A stretch of 64,000 nucleotides of DNA, from assembly GCA_965232515.1 (NCBI GenBank), contig CBDDPY010000002.1:480001-544000 (forward strand), written 5' to 3'. A program made the position numbers and the translations under genes. Positions within the stretch are counted from its first letter, which is position 1, and each line of letters begins with the position of its first letter. Source of the DNA: Alphaproteobacteria bacterium (GTDB lineage: Bacteria > Pseudomonadota > Alphaproteobacteria > GCA-2731375). Positions 58,550 to 64,000 of this stretch are shown here, piece after piece. The notes below the pieces were generated by a model. It was not told the origin of the DNA. It ran no database searches and saw only the letters and a program-made list of their open reading frames with translations.

Positions 58550-59428
58550 ATGGAAATGCATCAAATCCGGTATTTCCTCGCGGCCGCAAAGGCGCTCAAC
58601 TTCACTCGCGCCGCAGAGGCCTGCCACGTTTCACAACCGTCCTTGACGAGTGCAATTAAAAAACTGGAGTCGGAGCTTGGCGCCCATCTCTTTCACCGGG
58701 AAGGCAAGCGGCTGCTGTTGACCGATTTCGGTCAGACCATGCAGCCGCACCTGACTCAGATCGCTGAGCAGACCGATGTCGTGCAAACCGTGGCGCAGAA
58801 CTTCCGACTGTTGAACAAGGTGCCGGTGCGCCTGGGCGTGATGTCGACCGTCGGTCCGGTGCGTGTATCACGCTTTCTGGAGAAGTTCTGCGGCGACTAT
58901 CCGGGCGTCGAGGTGGCCGTGCACGAAGGCACGTTGACGGACCTGGCCGAGCGGCTGGAAGCGGGCGAGCTCGACCTCGCGGTGCTCAATGCGCTGGACG
59001 GCATGGGAGAGGGGGTCCGTCTGCACGCGCTGTACGAGGAACGTTACATCGTGATCTTTCCGCCGGATCACCGCTTTGAGAAGCTGAATACCGTGAGCCT
59101 GACGGACGTATCCGGCGAGCCCTACGTCGATCGCTTGGCCTGCGAAATGCGCGAGATGGTATCGGCGGCGTGCGCGCAGAGCGACGTCGACCTCTATGCC
59201 TGTTTCCGTTCCGAGCGTGAAGACTGGGTGCAGGCCATGGTGTTGGCGAAAATCGGCTTCGCGTTCATGCCGGAGTATTCCGTAACCCTGCCGCACGTGC
59301 TGAGCCGGCCGTTGGTCGAACCGGCGCTGAGCCGGACGATCAGCTTGGCCAGCATGGCGGGGCGCAGGCATTCGCCCGCGGTGTCCGCGTTCGTGCAGTC
59401 CGCCCGTGCCTATCGCTGGCCCGGATGA
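58550..59428 (+). CDS. LysR family regulator
   Basis: MEMHQIRYF, NFTRAAEACHVSQPSLT. Confidence 0.92.
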   Translation: MEMHQIRYFLAAAKALNFTRAAEACHVSQPSLTSAIKKLESELGAHLFHREGKRLLLTDFGQTMQPHLTQIAEQTDVVQTVAQNFRLLNKVPVRLGVMSTVGPVRVSRFLEKFCGDYPGVEVAVHEGTLTDLAERLEAGELDLAVLNALDGMGEGVRLHALYEERYIVIFPPDHRFEKLNTVSLTDVSGEPYVDRLACEMREMVSAACAQSDVDLYACFRSEREDWVQAMVLAKIGFAFMPEYSVTLPHVLSRPLVEPALSRTISLASMAGRRHSPAVSAFVQSARAYRWPG

Positions 59429-59549
59429 AGGTTGCGCCGCTCAGATGAGGTTCGGCTGGCAGTACCCGCGGACCGAAATCGGATCGATCGTCTCGCAGGC
59501 TGGCCGCTGATCGGTTCCGCCGCGTTGCTTGTGTTCGGATCCGGTCCCG

Positions 59550-60719
59550 TCAAACGCCCAATGCCGCGCGCACCTTCGGTCCCAGCGTCGCCAGCCGCTC
59601 GGCCGTCTCGTTCGCGAAGACGAAGCGGATGTACTGCGCCCCATGAAGCTCGCCCCAGCCGTTCATGGCCGTCGCCGCCACGCCCTCGGCCAGCAGCCGT
59701 TCCGACATCTCGGCGCCGGTCAGGCCGAAGTCTTCCGTTCGCAGCAACATAGACCAGCCGCCCGCCGGCACGCCGACCGGCAGGCCGTCGAGCTGGTCCA
59801 GGATCGCGTCGCGCCGCCGTTCCAGCTCGGCCACGTAACCTGGCAGGGTCTGATAAGACCGTTCAAGAGCGATCGCCGCCGCGTCCTGGGCGATGCCGAC
59901 CGGCACCACGACGTTGGCGAGCGATACCGCGGTCAGGTCCGGCAGAAAGGCCTCGGGCGCGACGATCCAGCCGACCCGCCAGCCGATCATGCGCAGCTCC
60001 TTCGCCGAGCTGCCGACGGTGATCGTGCGTTCGGCCATGCCGGGCAGCGCCGCCGGATGGATCACCGGCCGGTCGTCGAACAGCAACCGCTCCATGGCCG
60101 TATCGAGGACCAGCAGCAGGTCGTGTTCGAAGCAGAGCTCCGCCACCAGGTCCCAGTCGTCGCGGTCGAGATAGCCGCCCGTCGGCATCGACGGCGACAT
60201 CAGCAGCATGGCCGTGGTCTTGGGTCCAATGGCGGCACGAAGGGCCTCGCGGTCGAGCGTACAGGGCGCGCCGGGCGTGAAATTGAACGGCACCTGGCGC
60301 GGCACGCCGCCCGCCAGCCGCACGCGATTCAACAGCCCGGCATAGGTTGGGTCGGTGACAACAACCTCATCGCTGACCTCGACCGTCGCCAGCAGCACGT
60401 TCAGGATGCCCGACAGGCCCCCGGCCGAGATCACGCAGTTCCGCGCGCCGTCATAGTTAACGCCCGACAGCCTTGTCACATGGGCCGCCGCCACGTCGCG
60501 CAACCGGCGCTGGCCGACGAAGGGTAGGTAGCTGTTGTCGTCGTCGTTGTCGGCGGCCCGCACGGTCCGCGCGATGGCCTCGGGCTCGGGCGGGATATTC
60601 ACATCCAGATTTTCCAGCCGCAGGAAATCCCGGTCGGCGGCGTCGGCGACCGCGCCCATGCGGTCGACGCCGATCCCGGCGATGTGGTCCAGACGCCGGG
60701 GACGGGGCCGTGACGTCAT
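59550..60719 (-). CDS. Class I/II PLP-dependent aminotransferase
   Basis: DPTY, SPSMPTG, DTAM, SSAKELRMIGWRVGW; GGAGG RBS before ATG 60719. Confidence 0.88.
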   Translation of the reverse strand: MTSRPRPRRLDHIAGIGVDRMGAVADAADRDFLRLENLDVNIPPEPEAIARTVRAADNDDDNSYLPFVGQRRLRDVAAAHVTRLSGVNYDGARNCVISAGGLSGILNVLLATVEVSDEVVVTDPTYAGLLNRVRLAGGVPRQVPFNFTPGAPCTLDREALRAAIGPKTTAMLLMSPSMPTGGYLDRDDWDLVAELCFEHDLLLVLDTAMERLLFDDRPVIHPAALPGMAERTITVGSSAKELRMIGWRVGWIVAPEAFLPDLTAVSLANVVVPVGIAQDAAAIALERSYQTLPGYVAELERRRDAILDQLDGLPVGVPAGGWSMLLRTEDFGLTGAEMSERLLAEGVAATAMNGWGELHGAQYIRFVFANETAERLATLGPKVRAALGV

Positions 60720-60731
60720 CTTTGCCTCCAA

Positions 60732-60750
60732 ATTATCGATTATCTATAAT
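60732..60750. promoter_or_regulatory. AT-rich near-palindrome, probable GntR operator
   Basis: ATTATCGAT-T-ATCTATAAT (one mismatch) between divergent aminotransferase and GntR genes. Confidence 0.55.
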
Positions 60751-60794
60751 CTATAATTATTGAAATCTGCGCAGAAATACAACACCCTCCCGCC

Positions 60795-61430
60795 ATGCAG
60801 GACCGCTCCATCGCCGGCCAGATCGCCGACACGCTCGCCGACCGCATCGTCGCCGGCGAGCTCGCGCCCGATACGCCGCTGCGCCAGGACCGCATTGCCG
60901 AGGAGTTCGGCGCCAGCCACGTACCCGTGCGTGAGGCCTTCCGCCGGCTCGAGGCCCAGGGCCTGGTCGTGCGCGAGCCGCGCCGCGGCGTCCGCGTGCC
61001 GCCGCTCGATGCCGCCGCCATCCTGGAGGTCTCCGAGATGCGCGCGGCGCTGGAGACGCTGGCGCTGCGTCATGCCGTGCCGAACCAGACGCCCGAGAGC
61101 CTCGCGGCCGCCCAACAGGCCATCGACGCCGCCGAGGCGTCCGACGACATCCGTGTGTGGGAGGCCGCCAACCGCCGTTTCCACCGCGCCGTTCTTCAGG
61201 ACTGCGCCATGCCGCGCCTGCTCGCCGCCATCGACGACCTGCACGCCGCCGACGCGCGATTTCTGTTTGCCGCTTGGCGTCAGATGAACTGGCAGCAGCG
61301 CTCCGAGCACGAGCACCGCGACATCCTCGCCGCGCTCCGCGTCGCCGCCACCGACCGTGCTGTCGACATCCTGCGCACCCACATCACCGCCGCCGGCGCC
61401 GCATTGCGGGTGGCCGTTGCGGAGGCTTGA
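60795..61430 (+). CDS. GntR family regulator (FCD domain)
   Basis: LRQDRIAEEFGASHVPVREAF, NRRFH, EHRDIL. Confidence 0.92.
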   Translation: MQDRSIAGQIADTLADRIVAGELAPDTPLRQDRIAEEFGASHVPVREAFRRLEAQGLVVREPRRGVRVPPLDAAAILEVSEMRAALETLALRHAVPNQTPESLAAAQQAIDAAEASDDIRVWEAANRRFHRAVLQDCAMPRLLAAIDDLHAADARFLFAAWRQMNWQQRSEHEHRDILAALRVAATDRAVDILRTHITAAGAALRVAVAEA

Positions 61431-61452
61431 CGAGTATTCGGGGAAACCGTCG

Positions 61453-61920
61453 TTAGCCGCGCATGTGCACGAACTGGTCGGGCTGCGCCAGGACCGCGGT
61501 CAGGCATTTACGCAGCAGCGGCGTCAGGACCGGCTTGACCAGAAACGCCTGCACGCCGGCGTCGCGGGCGTCGGCGACCAACTCCGGGCTCAGAGCGCCG
61601 GAGATCATCACGATCGGGATCTTGGCGTAAGAAGGATTGTTGGCCCGACGGATCGCGCGCGTCAGGTCGATGCCGTCGATCGGCCCCATCCGGCAGTCCA
61701 CCAGCATGATGTCGTACCACGACGCGCTCAGCGACTGCAGGGCGTCCGCGCCGTTGTTCACCTCGTAGACGCAGCGCACCTGCAGCTCTTCGAGCATGAC
61801 GCGAATGGCCCGCCGCATATAGAGATTGTCGTCGGCGACCAGGACATTGAGCGTCGACAGATCCGCCCCCTGACCGTCATTCGCCGGCGCAATTGATCGC
61901 GCGTCGTTCGACGTCTCCAT
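61453..61920 (-). CDS. Single-domain response regulator (CheY-like)
   Basis: VLVADD, LVDCRM.PIDG, MISG, FLVKP. Confidence 0.88.
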   Translation of the reverse strand: METSNDARSIAPANDGQGADLSTLNVLVADDNLYMRRAIRVMLEELQVRCVYEVNNGADALQSLSASWYDIMLVDCRMGPIDGIDLTRAIRRANNPSYAKIPIVMISGALSPELVADARDAGVQAFLVKPVLTPLLRKCLTAVLAQPDQFVHMRG

Positions 61921-62290
61921 GCTGGACCCCCTTCAAGCCAACGCCGCCCATCCCTGCGGGCATCCCCTTTCGAATGCGCCGCAAATTTTCCCAGAGACTA
62001 GAAGTCGGGATGAAAAAATTCTCTTAACATGGATTGATAAACCTGGATCGGCGCAACCGCCCGGATTGCCCGCCCGTGGCGCCAGAGGGGTCAGGTCGGC
62101 TGTCAGATGAAATACGTCTTTTTGCAACCCTGGCACTTGAACAGGCAGACGTCGCGGCGCGATTCCGGCTGCGGGGCCGCGTCGGCGATATGCGTGAAAA
62201 CGCTGCCCATGGATCGTGCCCCCGCCGCTTAGAGACAGATGCCGCGACGGCCGGTCCTAACCATGGACGCTTAAGGCATTTCGAACACTG

Positions 62291-63211
62291 CTATGGCGAG
62301 AGGCCGGCGATCCCCGGAATGCCGGCGACCGCCGTCGCCACGTGGTCGATGAAGGCGCGCAGGCGGCGGGTCTGGCGGCGGCTCGGGAGGTAGGCGGCGT
62401 TGATCGCGAGCGCGGGCGCGCGCCAGGCCGGCAGCAGGTCGCGCAGGCGTCCGGCCGCCAGGTCGTCCTCGACGAACCAGCGCGGCATGACGGCATAGCC
62501 GATGCCGAGCTGCGCCGCCTTGTGAGCCGCGAAGATGTTGTTCGTGGCGAACGCCACCGCCGCTTTCACGGTCTGCCGGCGGCCGTTCCTGTGCGTCAGC
62601 GGGATCGTGCCGCCCTCGAACGGGCCGAGCGCGGCGCAGGGCAGGGCGGCGAGATCGCCCGGCGACCGGACTGCGCGGCCGTCGACGAGATCCGGCGCGG
62701 CGACCATCAGCCGCTCGACCCGGCCCAGCGGCCGCACCACCAGGCTGTCGTCCGGCACCGGGCCGATCTTGATCCAGAGGTCGCAGCCGATCTCGGCGAA
62801 GCGGATCGCGTCGTCCTGCAGCCGCCAGGTGATCGTGACGCCGGGATGCGCCTGCTGAAAGCGCGCCGCGGCCTCGGCCAGATGAAGCTGACCCAGCGCC
62901 ACCGGCGCCACGACCATCAGCTTGCCGGCGAGCGCGTCCGCGTCGGCCGCGTGGCGTTCCCGCAGCGCGTCCCAACCGTCGAGCAGCGCCCGCGCATCGG
63001 CGAGGCAGTCGCGGCCGGCCTCGGTCAGCGACAGGGCATGCGTCGTGCGCTGCACAAGCTGCACGCCGAGCCGGTCCTCCAGCGCCTGCAGCTGCCGGCT
63101 GGCCGAGGCCTGCGACAAGCCGATGTCGCGCGCCGCGGCGCTGATCGAGCCGCGCTCGGCGATGCGCGCGAAGGTGCTCAGCAGGCTGAGGCGGTCGAGA
63201 TTCTTGCTCAT
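62291..63211 (-). CDS. LysR family regulator
   Basis: GSISAAARDIGLSQASASRQL, LVQRTTH..SLT. Confidence 0.92.
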   Translation of the reverse strand: MSKNLDRLSLLSTFARIAERGSISAAARDIGLSQASASRQLQALEDRLGVQLVQRTTHALSLTEAGRDCLADARALLDGWDALRERHAADADALAGKLMVVAPVALGQLHLAEAAARFQQAHPGVTITWRLQDDAIRFAEIGCDLWIKIGPVPDDSLVVRPLGRVERLMVAAPDLVDGRAVRSPGDLAALPCAALGPFEGGTIPLTHRNGRRQTVKAAVAFATNNIFAAHKAAQLGIGYAVMPRWFVEDDLAAGRLRDLLPAWRAPALAINAAYLPSRRQTRRLRAFIDHVATAVAGIPGIAGLSP

Positions 63212-63322
63212 ACGCTAAACGTATAACTAAAACTCCTGTCAGTCGTCTACAGAACAGCGGTCCGAACCGTCATCTTCCCTCTGTCAGCGGCGCAAACCGC
63301 ACCCGAAACAGGAGCAAACAAG

Positions 63323-64000
63323 ATGACTGAGATTTCCCGAACCTTCCAACTGGGTGGCGACCGCCCGGTCAACCGGCTCGGCTACGGCGCCATGCGCCTG
63401 ACCGGCCAGCCCGGCAACTTCGGCCCGTACCCGGATTGGGATGCCGGCCTTGCACTGCTGCGCCGCGCCGCCGACCTCGGCGTCGCGTTTTTCGACAGCG
63501 CCTGGGCCTATGGACCGGAAGCCGCCGACCGCATCGTCGGCGAGGCGCTCGCCGGCCGCGACGCGGTGCGGGCCACCAAGGGCGGCGTCGACAAGCCGGA
63601 ACCCGGCCGCATTGTCGTCGACGGATCGCGCGATACCCTGCTGCGGCAGATCGACAAGGCGCTCATCAACCTGCGCACCGACCGCATCGATCTGTTCCAG
63701 CTCCACCGCGTCGACCCCGAGACGTCCATCGAAACCTCCGTCGCCGCGCTCGCCGAGGCGCGGGCAGACGGCCGCATCGCCCATATCGGCCTCTCGAACG
63801 TGACCCGCGAACAGCTCGACCGCGCGCTTGCCGTCGCGCCGATCGCCAGCGTGCAGAACCGCTTCAACATGGCCGAGACGTCGGACGGCGATCTCGTCGA
63901 TTACACGGCCGACAGGGGCATCGCCTTCATTCCCTACGGCCCGCTCGGCGCCAACCCCATGCGGCCCGGCGCCAAGCTGGCCCCGCGCGAGGCGCTCGCC
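63323..64000 (+). CDS. Aldo/keto reductase (3' truncated by window)
   Basis: VNRLGYGAMRLTG, FFDSAWAYG, TKGG, LFQLHRVD, IGLSN, SVQNRFN. Confidence 0.9.
   Translation, partial: MTEISRTFQLGGDRPVNRLGYGAMRLTGQPGNFGPYPDWDAGLALLRRAADLGVAFFDSAWAYGPEAADRIVGEALAGRDAVRATKGGVDKPEPGRIVVDGSRDTLLRQIDKALINLRTDRIDLFQLHRVDPETSIETSVAALAEARADGRIAHIGLSNVTREQLDRALAVAPIASVQNRFNMAETSDGDLVDYTADRGIAFIPYGPLGANPMRPGAKLAPREALA

Overview
GC-rich alphaproteobacterial (Rhodospirillales-like, by inference) chromosomal segment. Most of it is housekeeping, catabolic and regulatory genes: add, GST, two amidases, map, sfsA, AsmA, glcB, a CBS/cystathionine lyase pair, folB, acdS/acdR, a GMC oxidoreductase, cytochrome P460, an ECF sigma factor, and several LysR/TetR/GntR regulators. 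The most unusual part is about 5.8-13.8 kb. First, tRNA-Leu(UAA) is preceded by a duplicated tRNA 5' half that stops at the anticodon loop and is followed by a predicted three-way-junction RNA. Second, an AT-rich islet encodes a 75-aa GCGCGCS-motif peptide translationally coupled to an RRE-radical SAM-SPASM enzyme, a candidate new RiPP or protein-modification system. Third, there is a decayed IS5 and ParE toxin-antitoxin remnant. Fourth, a contractile-tail sheath plus tube pair has no baseplate genes in the window. Fifth, a 413-aa histone H1-like protein is built from 60-bp tandem repeats. Three families of intergenic palindromic repeats and several candidate operators are also visible. All product calls come from motif recognition by eye, not database searches.
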